Source of the DNA: an uncultured Candidatus Rokubacteria bacterium | GTDB taxonomy: Bacteria; Methylomirabilota; Methylomirabilia; Rokubacteriales; CSP1-6 | Direction: 5' to 3' | Assembly (NCBI GenBank): GCA_963747235.1 | Contig: CAVVEU010000024.1 | Span: 544,001 to 608,000 of the forward strand | Length of the DNA: 64,000 nt | In this document: positions 35,046-45,296 of the stretch, one piece after another | Position numbering within the stretch: the stretch's first letter is position 1 | Layout of the letters: every line of letters starts with the position of its first letter | The notes under the pieces: model-generated | The model's database searches: none | What the model was told of the DNA's origin: nothing | The model's input: the letters and a program-made list of their open reading frames with translations, nothing else | Translations under genes and position numbers: made by a program

Positions 35046-35071
35046 TGTCGATTCCGGGGGTCGTCGGCGTC
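35046..35071 (+). promoter_or_regulatory. ECF42-type promoter upstream of DGPF gene
   Basis: TGTCGA-16-CGTC matches the ECF42 target consensus as I recall it. Confidence 0.65.
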
Positions 35072-35135
35072 GTATAGATGAGGGCCGCTTCGACGGCCCG
35101 ACATCCACGATAGGGCACGAGAGGGAGGCATACCG

Positions 35136-35481
35136 ATGCGCTACCTGTTGCTCATCTGCTCCGACAAGAACCAGCCCGCTCCGTCCCCGGCCGAGATGGA
35201 CGCCATGGTGCAGGGACACGGCCGCTTCGCCCAGGAGCTGCACGCGGCCGGCAAGATGGTCCACGGCGAGCGCCTGCGCCCCGACACCGACGGCAGCCGC
35301 GTCCGCTTCAAGGCCGGGCAGCGCCAGATCATGGACGGGCCCTTCGCCGAGACGAAGGAGGCCCTGGGCGGCTTCTACCTGATCGAGTGCGACACGCAAG
35401 CAGGAAGCCCTGGAGTGGGCGAAGAAGGTCCCGCTCGGCGAGGGCGGCTTCATCGACGTGCGGCCGGTCTGGGCGATGTAA
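35136..35481 (+). CDS. YciI/DGPF-family protein, frameshift ~35400
   Basis: MRYLLLI, DGPFAETKEALGGFY, then EALEWAKKVP...IDVRPV. Confidence 0.9.
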
Positions 35482-35563
35482 GGGCGGGAGCCTCCGCCGC
35501 CGCGCCGCGGGCCCGGCGGTCGCGCCCCCAGCATGATCGCCGGATGGCGTACCATGCCAGGTC

Positions 35564-36850
35564 GTGGAGCCGTCGACGGACGAGAGCGTGCGCGCGCGCC
35601 TGGCCGAGGTGTTCCGGCTCGAGTACGCGCGGGTGGTCGCCTCGGTGCTGCGGATCGTGCGCGACATCGACGCGGCGCAGGAGGTGGTCCAGGAGGCCTT
35701 CGAGCAGGCGCTCGATCACTGGCCCGCGGACGGCATCCCGGATCGTCCGGGCGCGTGGCTGCTCACCACGGCGCGCCGCCGGGCGCTCGATCATCTGCGG
35801 CGCGTCCGCCGGGCCGGCGCGCGCGTGGACGCCCTCGCCCACGAGGCGCTCGGCGCGGCGCACCCGGCGCCTGACGTGCCCAGCTTCGAGACGCCCGACG
35901 AGATCCCCGACGATCGGCTCCGGCTGATCTTCACCTGCTGCCATCCCGCGCTCCCCGCCGACAGCCGCGTCGCGCTCACGCTGCGGCTGGTCGGCGGTCT
36001 CTCGACGACGGAGATCGCGCGCGCGTTCCTGGTGCCCGAGCCGACGATCGCCCAGCGCCTGGTGCGCGCGAAGCGGACGATCCGCGACGGCGGCTTCCCG
36101 TACGAGGTGCCGGAAGGGGTCGAGCTCGCGTCGCGGCTGTCGGCCGTGCTCGCGGTGCTGTACCTGATCTTCAACGAGGGCTACGCGGCCCATTCGGGCG
36201 ACGACCTCGTGCGGCACGATCTCTGCGAGGAGGCGATCCGTCTCGGCCGCGTGCTCGCCGAGCTGATGCCGCGCGAGCCCGAGGTGCTGGGCTTGCTGGC
36301 CCTGATGGAGCTCCAGACCTCCCGCGCGGCGGCGCGCACCGACGCCGACGGCAATCTGGTGCTGCTCGAGGATCAGGACCGGCTGCCGCTGGGACCGGGC
36401 GCCGGATCGCGCGGGGCCTCGCCTGTCTCGAGCGCGCCGGGCCGTCGGCGCGCGCGGGGGCCTATCAGCTCCAGGCCGCCATCGCCGCCTGTCACGCGCA
36501 GGCCGCCATCGTGGGAGGCGACGGACTGGCCGCGCATCGTGGGCCACTACCGGGCGCTCGCGGCGCTCGCCCCGTCGCCCGGTCGTCGACCTGAACCTGG
36601 CGGTGGCGATCGGTCTGGCCGACGGGCCCGCGGCGGGCCTGGCGGCGCTCGATCGGATCGACGACCTGGCGCTGCGCGCCTATCATCTGCTGCCCGCCGC
36701 GCGCGCCGAGTTCCTCCGCCGCCTCGGCCGCGCCCCGGAGGCCGCCGTCGAGTACCGGCGCGCGCTCCGCCTCGTGGACAACCCGCGCGAGCAGGTGTTC
36801 CTGGCGCGCGGCTGGCGGCCTGCGAGCCGGGGGGTGGCTCGGGCGCGTAG
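35564..36850 (+). CDS. ECF sigma factor with C-terminal TPR-like extension (ECF42-type), frameshifts in 3' third
   Basis: PGAWLLTTARRR, DDRLRLIFTCCHPAL, QRLVRAK, LYLIFNEGY, TDWPRI. Confidence 0.9.
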   Translation: MEPSTDESVRARLAEVFRLEYARVVASVLRIVRDIDAAQEVVQEAFEQALDHWPADGIPDRPGAWLLTTARRRALDHLRRVRRAGARVDALAHEALGAAHPAPDVPSFETPDEIPDDRLRLIFTCCHPALPADSRVALTLRLVGGLSTTEIARAFLVPEPTIAQRLVRAKRTIRDGGFPYEVPEGVELASRLSAVLAVLYLIFNEGYAAHSGDDLVRHDLCEEAIRLGRVLAELMPREPEVLGLLALMELQTSRAAARTDADGNLVLLEDQDRLPLGPGAGSRGASPVSSAPGRRRARGPISSRPPSPPVTRRPPSWEATDWPRIVGHYRALAALAPSPGRRPEPGGGDRSGRRARGGPGGARSDRRPGAARLSSAARRARRVPPPPRPRPGGRRRVPARAPPRGQPARAGVPGARLAACEPGGGSGA

Positions 36851-37693
36851 CTACCGCGCGTGGTTCGGGAACATCCGCTCGAAGATCTCGGGATCGGTGC
36901 GCGAGCGGAAGAAGGCCAGCTGGCGCTCGGAGTAGTCGGCGCCCGACCGGAACACGATGGCGGCGGTGGCCAGCAGGGTGCCGTCGGCCGCGAGCAGGGC
37001 CGAGCGGGTGCGCCAGAACGTGCGCCGCCGGTCCACCGGCGTCACGTCGGCGAAGCGGCCCACCGCGGTGACCGGGCCCGGCGCGATCGCCTCGGGGCGC
37101 AGCAGGGTCAGGGCGATGCGATTGGTGAGGCCGCCTTCCTTCGTGACCAGGGCGCCGAGCCACCACGCGATCTCGTCGAGCACTACCGCGGCCAGCGCGG
37201 GCGCGAGGCGATCGCCGGGCCGCCGCCAGGGCTCGCGGGGCAGGAAGCGGGCCCAGACGCCGTCGGCGTCGAAGCGCAGGCCGAGCTGCAGCCCGAGCGG
37301 GTTGTGCGCGCCGCAGGCCAGGCACTGATCGGACAGCGGCATCGGCCAGCCCTCGCGCCCGCTCGCCCGCCAGCCGGGATCGGGCGCGGGGTCCTCGATG
37401 TCGCCATGACCGATCGTGGCCGACGTGAGCGGCTGCGTCCCGTCGAGAATGGTGACGGTGGCGACGCCGCCGTCGACGTGGCCTTCGAGCGCGAGCGGCG
37501 TGTCGAGCGGCACCGACGAGGTGAGGCGGCCTTCGACGAGGCGCGGCCGGCCGTCCGGCCCCAGCGCGGCGGACGCCCCATCCAGCAGCGCGACCAGCCC
37601 GCCGCCGTGCACGATCCCGGGCCAGCTCTGCAGCACGGGCGGCGCGAGGAAGCGCCCGCGGCCGTCGGCCTCGAGCGTCGCGGCGGCGGCCAT
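36851..37693 (-). CDS. Double hot-dog fold thioesterase-like protein
   Basis: WPGIVHGGGLVALLD in domain 1; CLACGAHNPLGL and VLDE in domain 2. Confidence 0.7.
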   Translation of the reverse strand: MAAAATLEADGRGRFLAPPVLQSWPGIVHGGGLVALLDGASAALGPDGRPRLVEGRLTSSVPLDTPLALEGHVDGGVATVTILDGTQPLTSATIGHGDIEDPAPDPGWRASGREGWPMPLSDQCLACGAHNPLGLQLGLRFDADGVWARFLPREPWRRPGDRLAPALAAVVLDEIAWWLGALVTKEGGLTNRIALTLLRPEAIAPGPVTAVGRFADVTPVDRRRTFWRTRSALLAADGTLLATAAIVFRSGADYSERQLAFFRSRTDPEIFERMFPNHAR

Positions 37694-37795
37694 GACGTCG
37701 CCGACCGCCGGGCCCGCCGGACGCCGCGTGCTATACTCGCGAGGATTCATGCCGCCGGCCATTCTACTGTCGCCGTCGCTCCCGCCGCAACGCGT

Positions 37796-39013
37796 GTGAC
37801 CAGCTCGACCCTCGAGCTCCTGAGCCATGGCCCGTTCGCGCGGATCATGCTCACGAACTTCTTCTTCTTCGGGGCGCTGAACACCTTCCTGCTCCTGCCG
37901 CTGTATATCCAGAGGCTGGGCGGCGACGAGGCGGATATCGGGCTCGTGCAGGGCCTCTACAGCGCGGCCGGCATCGTCTGCCAGCCGGTGGTGGGCGCCC
38001 TCATCGACTACCTGGGCCGCCGCTTCTTCATGCGGCTCGGCGCCGTGCTGCTCGTGGTGTCCTGCGCGCTCTTCGTGGTGGCGAGCCCGCTGCCCCTGCT
38101 CGGCGTGCTGCGCATCCTGCAGGGCGTGGCCTTCTCCGCCTTCTTCGTCGCCAACTACATCCACGTGGTGGAGATGGTGCCCGCGGAGCGGCGCGGGTGG
38201 GCGCTCGGCATCTTCGGCCTCTCGGGCCTCGTCTCCACCTCGCTGGCCCCGCTCTTCGGCGAGTTCATGATCCGCCGCTTCGGCTTTCCCACGTTCTTCA
38301 TGGCCTCCACCGTGATCGCGGCGGTGGCCACCGCGATGTGCTGGCGGGTGCGGGACGTGCGGCCGGCCGCGCTGGGCGCCCGCCCGGGCCTGCACGTCAT
38401 CCGGGAAGGGCTGCTCGAGCTGCGGCACATGCACATGGCGATCGGGCTGTTCTTCGGGCTCGGCACCGGGACCATCTTCACGTTCCTGCCGACCTTCGGC
38501 GAGGACCTGGGCATCACGAGCGTCGGCCTCTTCTACACCGCGTACGCGGCGGCGGCGATGCTGGTGCGGGTGGTGGGCGGCAACCTGATCGACGTGCGCG
38601 GCCGGCGCGCGGTGATCATCCCGTGCATGTTCGTGCAGTCCGCCGCGACCTGCATCATCGCGCTGGTCGCGATCCTGTTCGCGCCCGCGCTCCGGCTGCC
38701 GGTGCTGCCGTTCATCTTCCTGGCCGGCTTCCTGGCTGGCGCGGCCCACGGCTTCCTCTACCCGGCCATGTCGGCCCTGCTGATGGACGTGACGCCCGAG
38801 CGTCGCCGCGGCAGCGCGGTGGGCATCTTCAGCTCGGTGATCCTCGTCGGGAACTCGTTCGGGGCGATCGCCTTCGGCTACGTCGCGCACGGGCTCGGGT
38901 ACGCGGTGATGTGGAGCGCGCTCACCGTGCTGCTGATCGTCGGCTCGTTCCTGAGCGTCCGGCTGCGCGTGGGCTACGCGAGGCCGGTGACGGCGCCCGC
39001 GCCCGCGTCCTGA
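37796..39013 (+). CDS. MFS transporter
   Basis: About 12 hydrophobic segments; motif A GALIDYLGRR and GNLIDVRGRR; TGCTATACT upstream at ~37729. Confidence 0.9.
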   Translation: MTSSTLELLSHGPFARIMLTNFFFFGALNTFLLLPLYIQRLGGDEADIGLVQGLYSAAGIVCQPVVGALIDYLGRRFFMRLGAVLLVVSCALFVVASPLPLLGVLRILQGVAFSAFFVANYIHVVEMVPAERRGWALGIFGLSGLVSTSLAPLFGEFMIRRFGFPTFFMASTVIAAVATAMCWRVRDVRPAALGARPGLHVIREGLLELRHMHMAIGLFFGLGTGTIFTFLPTFGEDLGITSVGLFYTAYAAAAMLVRVVGGNLIDVRGRRAVIIPCMFVQSAATCIIALVAILFAPALRLPVLPFIFLAGFLAGAAHGFLYPAMSALLMDVTPERRRGSAVGIFSSVILVGNSFGAIAFGYVAHGLGYAVMWSALTVLLIVGSFLSVRLRVGYARPVTAPAPAS

Positions 39014-39038
39014 TCCGCCGCGCGCGCGGGCCGCGCGG

Positions 39039-39067
39039 TTGACTTGCCCCGGAGGCGAGCCGATACT
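39039..39067 (+). promoter_or_regulatory. sigma70-type promoter for DUF151-AAA-DUF4197 operon
   Basis: TTGACT-17-GATACT; SD GGGAGG before ATG 39104. Confidence 0.55.
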
Positions 39068-39103
39068 GAGTCGCACGCCGTCGCGTGGGAGGCCCCGTCG
39101 ATC

Positions 39104-39637
39104 ATGGTGAGACGCACTCGATATCGCCGCCTGGCGCCGGTGCTCGCGCTGGGCGTTCTCCTCGTGGGCGCCCGCAATCCGGGGGAGACGCCCGCGCCGC
39201 CCGCCGCCACCCCGCAGGAAGTCACGGTGATCGGCGTGTTCAGCGATCAGCGCGGCCAGCACGGCGTGATGCTCGAGGGCAAGCGCGACAAGCGGCGGGT
39301 CCTGATGGTGATCGGGGCCGCCGAGGCCACCGCCATCGCGGTGCCGCTCGAGAACATCACGCCGCCGCGCCCGCTCACCCACGATCTCTTCCTCACCCTG
39401 TTCGGGCGGCTCAAGGTGCAGGTCACGAAGGTGGTGATCACCGACCTGCGCAACAACACCTACTACGCGACGGTGTTCCTGACCTCGAGCGGTACGGCGA
39501 TGGAGCTCGACTCGCGTCCCTCCGACGCCATCGCGCTGGCCATCCGCGCCAGGGTGCCCGTCTTCGCGGAGGAGCGCGTGTTCGAGAAGTCCGATCGGCC
39601 GCCGGGCAGCCCGGGCGGGCCGGGGGAGCGGATCTAG
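39104..39637 (+). CDS. Bifunctional nuclease family (DUF151) protein with N-terminal signal/anchor
   Basis: IGAAEATAI, PRPLTHDL, YYA, DSRPSDAIALA. Confidence 0.88.
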   Translation: MVRRTRYRRLAPVLALGVLLVGARNPGETPAPPAATPQEVTVIGVFSDQRGQHGVMLEGKRDKRRVLMVIGAAEATAIAVPLENITPPRPLTHDLFLTLFGRLKVQVTKVVITDLRNNTYYATVFLTSSGTAMELDSRPSDAIALAIRARVPVFAEERVFEKSDRPPGSPGGPGERI

Positions 39638-39641
39638 CCCC

Positions 39642-40631
39642 GTGGCGAGCGAGACGCCCCGCGCGGGCGCGCCGGCCCTGCCGCCGCACACGCCCCCTCA
39701 GAACGTCGAGGGGCAGCAGTGGGCGATCGAGCGCCGCCTGGGCGAGATCTTCGGCAAGCTCGGCGAGAAGCTCGCCGAGCTCACCGGGCGCGTCGAGGTG
39801 CAGGTCAAGCCGGAGACCTCGTTCGCCGACATCGGCGGCCTCGCCGAGGCCAAGGGCATCGTGCGGAGCTTCGTGACCGCGCTGACCGATCCCGAGCTGT
39901 ATCGCAAGTGGGGCATCGCCCCGCCCAAGGGCATGCTGATCTACGGGCCGCCGGGCACCGGCAAGACGCTGCTGGCGCGCGCGCTCGCCACCGAGGCGGG
40001 GGCCGTCTTCTACCACCTGAAGCTCGGCACGCTCACCGCCAAGTTCGGGCCCAATACCGGCGAGCTGCTGCAGGAGATCCTGGGCCTGGCGCGCGAGCAG
40101 GGCCGGGCGGTGGTGTTCCTCGATCAGGCCGACGCGCTCGCGCTCGAGCATCTCCTGCCGCCGGCCCAGGCCCGCGAGGCGGGCGCCCGCATCGTGGCCG
40201 CGCTCTGCGAAAAGCTCGATACCCTGGAAGCTTTCTCTCGGATCGTCGTGGTGGCGGCCACCAGCCGCACCGACGTGGTGGATCCCTCCCTGGTGGCCCC
40301 GGGCCGGCTCGATCGGCTGGTCGAGGTGCCGCTGCCGGACGCGGTCGCGCAGCAGCAGATCCTCGAGCTGACGCGGACGCGCGCCGAGCAGGCCGCCGAT
40401 CGGCGGCTCGTGGGCGATCTCGACTACCGCTCCCTGCTGCCGCCGATGGGCGGCATGAGCGGGGGCGAGCTCCGCGATCTGCTGCGCCGCGCGCTCGAGG
40501 AGAAGGTCCACGCGGCCGGGCAAGGCCAGGACGCGGGACTCGTCACCACCCAGGACCTGCTGCGCCAGGTGGACGTGTACCGGCGCATCCGGGCCGTCGT
40601 CGAGAAGATCCGCTACGGGCAGTACCTCTAG
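39642..40631 (+). CDS. Single-domain classic-clade AAA protein, degenerate catalytic motifs, C-terminal GQYL
   Basis: SFADIGGL, PPKGMLIYGPPGTGKTLLARA, VVFLDQAD, AATSR, DPSLVAPGRLDR, GMSGGEL; ends KIRYGQYL*. Confidence 0.9.
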   Translation: MASETPRAGAPALPPHTPPQNVEGQQWAIERRLGEIFGKLGEKLAELTGRVEVQVKPETSFADIGGLAEAKGIVRSFVTALTDPELYRKWGIAPPKGMLIYGPPGTGKTLLARALATEAGAVFYHLKLGTLTAKFGPNTGELLQEILGLAREQGRAVVFLDQADALALEHLLPPAQAREAGARIVAALCEKLDTLEAFSRIVVVAATSRTDVVDPSLVAPGRLDRLVEVPLPDAVAQQQILELTRTRAEQAADRRLVGDLDYRSLLPPMGGMSGGELRDLLRRALEEKVHAAGQGQDAGLVTTQDLLRQVDVYRRIRAVVEKIRYGQYL

Positions 40632-40649
40632 CCCGAGCGAGGAGGCATC

Positions 40650-41396
40650 ATGCGCACACGTCGAGGAGTGAGGCACTGGTCCGGCTGGCTGGCCGTCGCG
40701 GCGGTCCTGTTCGTGCTGACGGGACCGGCCGGCGCGCAGTGGGACAAGCTGCTGAAGGGGCTGGGCGGCGGGGAGGGGAGCGCGGGCGCGGGGCTGTCGG
40801 ACGCCAAGATCGGCGCGGGGCTCAAGGAGGCGCTCCAGGTGGCCACCGAGAAGACGGTGAGCCTCACCGGAAAGACCGACGGCTACTTCTCCAACCAGGC
40901 CATCAAGATCCTGATGCCGGAGAAGCTGCGGAATTTCGAGAGCGGGCTGCGCGCGGTGGGCTTCGGTGGGCAGGTCGACGAGCTGGTGCTCGGCATGAAC
41001 CGCGCCGCGGAGCGCGCCGCGCCGCAGGCCAAGCAGATCTTCTTCGACGCCATCGGCGCGATGAGCTTCGACGACGCCCGCAAGCTCCTGAACGGCGGGG
41101 ACACCGCGGCCACCGAGTACTTTCGCGGCAAGACCACGCCGCGGCTGACCACCGCGTTCCGGCCGGCGGTCGAGCAGTCCATGAATCAGGTCGGCGTGAG
41201 CCGGCAGTACAAGGATCTGGTCGGGCGCTTCGAGTCGATCCCGTTCGCCAAGTCCCAGGCCTTCGACCTGGACGGCTACGTCGTGGACCAAGGGCTGGGC
41301 GGGCTCTTCACGGTGCTGGCGGAGCAGGAGAAGCAGATCCGCACCAACCCGACCGCCCGCGCCACCGATCTCCTGAAGGAAGTCTTCAAGCGCTAG
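40650..41396 (+). CDS. DUF4197-family secreted protein
   Basis: Signal peptide; [37 protein letters not shown]. Confidence 0.88.
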   Translation: MRTRRGVRHWSGWLAVAAVLFVLTGPAGAQWDKLLKGLGGGEGSAGAGLSDAKIGAGLKEALQVATEKTVSLTGKTDGYFSNQAIKILMPEKLRNFESGLRAVGFGGQVDELVLGMNRAAERAAPQAKQIFFDAIGAMSFDDARKLLNGGDTAATEYFRGKTTPRLTTAFRPAVEQSMNQVGVSRQYKDLVGRFESIPFAKSQAFDLDGYVVDQGLGGLFTVLAEQEKQIRTNPTARATDLLKEVFKR

Positions 41397-41430
41397 CGCG
41401 GCTCGCGGGTGGTACCATGGCGCCGCATCG

Positions 41431-41853
41431 ATGCCATCGGTCACCCGCGTGCGCGTGCGCTACAAGGACACCGACACCATGTCGGTCGTCTACTACGGCA
41501 ACTACCTGACCTACTTCGAGGTGGGGCGCGTGGAGTTCCTGCGCGAGTACGGCTGGCCCATGTCGGCGGTGAACGAGCGCGTGCACCTGCCGGTGGTGGA
41601 AGCCTTCGTGAAGTACGTGAAGCCGGCGAAGCTCGACGATCTGCTGGAAGTCGTCTCGCGGGTGAGCGAGCGCAAGCGGGCCAGCTTCCGGTTCAGCTAC
41701 GAGATCCGCAACGAGGCCAAGGAGCTGGTGGCCACCGGGCACACCGTGCACGCCTGCTGGAACCCGGCCACCGCCAAGATGATTCCCATCCCGGACTGGC
41801 TGAAGGAGATCATGCCCGATGCCGACCTCGACCCCGTCACGCCCCGACGCTGA
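41431..41853 (+). CDS. Acyl-CoA thioesterase (YbgC/4HBT family)
   Basis: [26 protein letters not shown]. Confidence 0.88.
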   Translation: MPSVTRVRVRYKDTDTMSVVYYGNYLTYFEVGRVEFLREYGWPMSAVNERVHLPVVEAFVKYVKPAKLDDLLEVVSRVSERKRASFRFSYEIRNEAKELVATGHTVHACWNPATAKMIPIPDWLKEIMPDADLDPVTPRR

Positions 41854-43496
41854 CCGGCAGCCCCGGCCGATCGCCGAGATCGCGCGCGAGCTCGGCCTCG
41901 GCCCGGAGGAGTGGATCCCCTACGGCCACGACAAGGCCAAGGTGCGCGTCGGCGCGCTGGCCGCCCGCCGCGATCGGCCCGACGGCAAGCTCGTGGTGGT
42001 GTCGTCCATCACCCCGACCCCGGCCGGCGACGGCAAGACCACCATGACCATCGGCATCGGGCAGGCGCTGTCGCGCGTCGGCGCCCGGCCGGTGATCGCG
42101 CTGCGCGAGCCGTCCATCGGGCCGACGCTCGGCATGAAGGGCGGCGGCACCGGGGGCGGCAAGGCGCAGGTGGTGCCGATGGAGGAGATCAACCTCCACT
42201 TCACCGGCGACTTCCACGCGATCACCTCGGCGCACAACCTGCTCGCCGCCGCCATCGACAACCACCTCCACCACGGCAACCCGCTCGGCATCGACGTCCG
42301 CCAGGTGGCGTGGAAGCGCGTCCTCGACGTCAACGACCGCGCCCTGCGCAGCGTGGTGGTCGGGCTCGGCGGGCGCCTCGACGGCGTGCCGCGCGAGGCG
42401 GGCTTCCTCATCACCTCGGCCTCCGAGATCATGGCCGCGCTCTGCCTGGCCGAGGACCTGATGGATCTCAAGCAGCGGCTCGGCCGGATGCTGGTCGCGC
42501 TGACCGCCGACGGCAAGCCGGTGACCGCCGACGCGCTCGGGGTGACCGGCGCGATGATCGCGCTGCTGCGCGACGCCATCCACCCGAACCTGGTGCAGAC
42601 GATGGAGGGCACGCCCGCGCTGGTGCACGGGGGGCCGTTCGCCAACATCGCCCACGGCTGCAACTCGGTGCTGGCCACCCGGCTCGCGCTCAAGCTCGGC
42701 GACATCTGCCTCACCGAGGCGGGCTTCGCCACCGACCTGGGCGCCGAGAAGTTCTTCGACATCAAGTGCCGGCTCGCGGGGCTCACGGCCCGACGCGGCC
42801 ATGATCGTGGCCACCGCGCGGGCGCTCAAGTACCACGGCGGGGTGCCGGTGCCGGAGCTGGACCGGGAGAACGTGGCCGCGCTCACCCTCGGACTCGACA
42901 ACCTGGAGGCGCACGTGGACGCGGTGCGCCAGTTCAAGGTGCCGGTCCTCATCGGGATGAATCGCTACCCGTCGGACACCGAGGCGGAATACGCGGCGGT
43001 GCGGGAGCGCTGCGCGCGGCTCGGGGTGGCGGTGCACGTGGCCGACGTGTTCGGGCGCGGGGGCGCGGGCGGCGAGGAGCTGGCCCGGGGCCTGCTCGCC
43101 CTCCTGGCCCGGGAGCGCTCGGCCTTCGCGCCGCTCTACGCGCTCGACGACCCCATCACGGTGAAGCTCGACACCATCGCGCGGCGGATCTACGGCGCCG
43201 ACGGCGTCGAATATCCCAAGCGGGTCGAGCGTCAGATCGCGCAGGCCGAATCCCTCGGCTACGGGAGGCTACCGATCTGCGTCGCGAAGACCCAGCGCTC
43301 GCTGTCCGACGATCCGGCCCTGCTGAATCGCCCCCGCGGGTTCAAGATCACCGTCAACGAGATCCGCATCTCGGCGGGCGCCGGCTTCCTGGTGGCCATC
43401 ACCGGTGACATCACCACCATGCCCGGGCTGCCGCGCCGTCCCAACGCCGAGAAGGTGGACGTCACGCCGGACGGCGTCATCACGGGGCTCTTCTAG
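41819..43496 (+). CDS. fhs: Formate-tetrahydrofolate ligase, frameshift ~42790
   Basis: [54 protein letters not shown] end. Confidence 0.95.
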
Positions 43497-43544
43497 GCCT
43501 GTGCTATACTTTGCGGCGGTCCCCGCGGAAATCGGACCGCACGT

Positions 43545-44525
43545 ATGATCCAAGTCGACAATCTCACGAAGCGCTACGGACCGGTCACGGCCATCCACGA
43601 TGTGTCCTTCACCGTGGAGAAGGGCCGCATCGTCGGCTTTCTCGGCCCCAACGGGGCGGGCAAGTCCACCACGATGAAGATCCTCTCGTGCTTCATGCCC
43701 GCCAGCGGCGGCACCGCCCGCGTGGCCGGCTTCGACGTGTTCTCCCAGTCGTTGGAGGTCCGGCGACGCATCGGCTATCTCCCGGAGAACGCGCCGCTCT
43801 ACCCCGATCTCTCGGTCGCGTCCTATCTGGACTTCGTGGCCGAGATCAAGGGCGTGGGGCGGACCGCGCGGCGCGGGCGGGTGGCCGACGTGATGGAGCG
43901 GTGCTTCATCGGGGACATGCAGAACCGCCTGATCGGCAAGCTCTCCAAGGGCTACCGGCAGCGGGTGGGGCTGGCCCAGGCCCTCCTGGGCGATCCGGAG
44001 GTGCTGATCCTGGACGAGCCCACCATCGGACTCGACCCGCGGCAGATCGCGGAGATCCGCGCGCTGATCCGGTCGCTGGCCGGGCAGCACACCGTGATCC
44101 TGTCCACCCACATCCTCCCCGAGGTCTCGATGGTGTGCGACGGCGTCGTCATCATCAACCGCGGGCGCATCGTGGCCCAGGGCACCGAGTCCGAGCTCGT
44201 CCAGCAGGCCTTTCCGTCCGCGCGCATCGAGCTGCGGGTGGCGGGCGCCGACGGCGACCTGGCCGCCGCGGTGGCCGCGATCCCGGGCGTGGTGGGCGTG
44301 CAGCCGCTCGCGCCCCGCGACGGCGGCGTCGGGGTGCTGGTGGAAGCGGCGCGCGACCGCGACGTGCGGCCCGACCTGGTCCGCCTCGTCACCGGCAAGG
44401 GCTGGACGCTCCAGGAGCTGCACCCGGTCGGCATGAGCCTCGAGGAGGTCTTCATCCGCGTGGTCGCGGGCGAGCAGGAGCCGCACGAGCCGGTCCCGGC
44501 GACGGCGGAGGAGGAGACGCGCTGA
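43545..44525 (+). CDS. ABC exporter ATP-binding protein (GldA-like)
   Basis: GPNGAGKST, LSKGYRQR, LDEPTIGLDP, SLEEVF. Confidence 0.9.
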   Translation: MIQVDNLTKRYGPVTAIHDVSFTVEKGRIVGFLGPNGAGKSTTMKILSCFMPASGGTARVAGFDVFSQSLEVRRRIGYLPENAPLYPDLSVASYLDFVAEIKGVGRTARRGRVADVMERCFIGDMQNRLIGKLSKGYRQRVGLAQALLGDPEVLILDEPTIGLDPRQIAEIRALIRSLAGQHTVILSTHILPEVSMVCDGVVIINRGRIVAQGTESELVQQAFPSARIELRVAGADGDLAAAVAAIPGVVGVQPLAPRDGGVGVLVEAARDRDVRPDLVRLVTGKGWTLQELHPVGMSLEEVFIRVVAGEQEPHEPVPATAEEETR

Positions 44526-45292
44526 TGCGCTGGCTGCCCGTGTTCAAGAAGGAGATGCGGCTGTACTTCGGCTCGCCGGTGGCCTACGTGGTCTTCACGT
44601 TCTTCCTGGTGATCTCCGGCTGGTTCTTCAGCCAGATCTTCCTCTTCTACAGCGACGCCTCCATGCGGTCGTTCATGCAGCCGCAGTTCGGCCAGAACCT
44701 CAACGTGGTGGACAACGTGATGCGCCCGCTCTTCACCAACATGAGCGTGGTGCTCCTGTTCTTCATCCCGATGCTGACCATGCGGCTCTTCGCCGAGGAG
44801 AAGAAGTCGGGGACGATGGAGCTGCTGCTGACGTACCCGGTGCGCGACGGCGAGGTGCTCGCCGGCAAGTACCTGGCCGCCCTCGCCCTCTACCTGATCC
44901 TGCTCGGCCTGACCCTGCTCTACCCGGGGCTCGTCGCGTACTTCACCCGGGTCGAGTGGGGACCGATCCTGACCGGGTACCTGGGCCTGATCCTGATCGG
45001 CGCGGTGTTCCTCGCGGTCGGCGTGCTCGTCTCCTCGCTGACCGAGAACCAGATCGTGGCCGGCTTCGGCACCTTCGGGATGCTGCTCGCGTTCTGGGTC
45101 ATCGGCTGGGGCGCCGAGTTCGCGGGCGGCACCATGCGCACCGTGCTCCAGTACCTCTCGATCGGCGACCATCTGGAAGGCTTCACCCGCGGCCTCATCG
45201 ACACCAAGGACCTCGTGTACTTCGTGACCGGCGTGGCGCTGGCCCTGTTCCTCACCCTGCGCTCGCTCGAGTCGAAGCGGTGGAGGGGCTAG
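44525..45292 (+). CDS. ABC-2 permease (GldF-like)
   Basis: KKEMRLYFGSPVAY, TMRLFAEEKKSGTMELLLTYP, SSLTENQIVA. Confidence 0.9.
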   Translation: MRWLPVFKKEMRLYFGSPVAYVVFTFFLVISGWFFSQIFLFYSDASMRSFMQPQFGQNLNVVDNVMRPLFTNMSVVLLFFIPMLTMRLFAEEKKSGTMELLLTYPVRDGEVLAGKYLAALALYLILLGLTLLYPGLVAYFTRVEWGPILTGYLGLILIGAVFLAVGVLVSSLTENQIVAGFGTFGMLLAFWVIGWGAEFAGGTMRTVLQYLSIGDHLEGFTRGLIDTKDLVYFVTGVALALFLTLRSLESKRWRG

Positions 45293-45296
45293 CCCG

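Noticed and set aside
35046-36850. DGPF protein plus extended ECF sigma as a novel system
   Set aside because: Matches the described ECF42 arrangement, including its promoter motif
39642-40631. Calling the AAA protein canonical ARC/Mpa, PAN or FtsH
   Set aside because: Too short; lacks OB, TM and protease domains; catalytic motifs are degenerate
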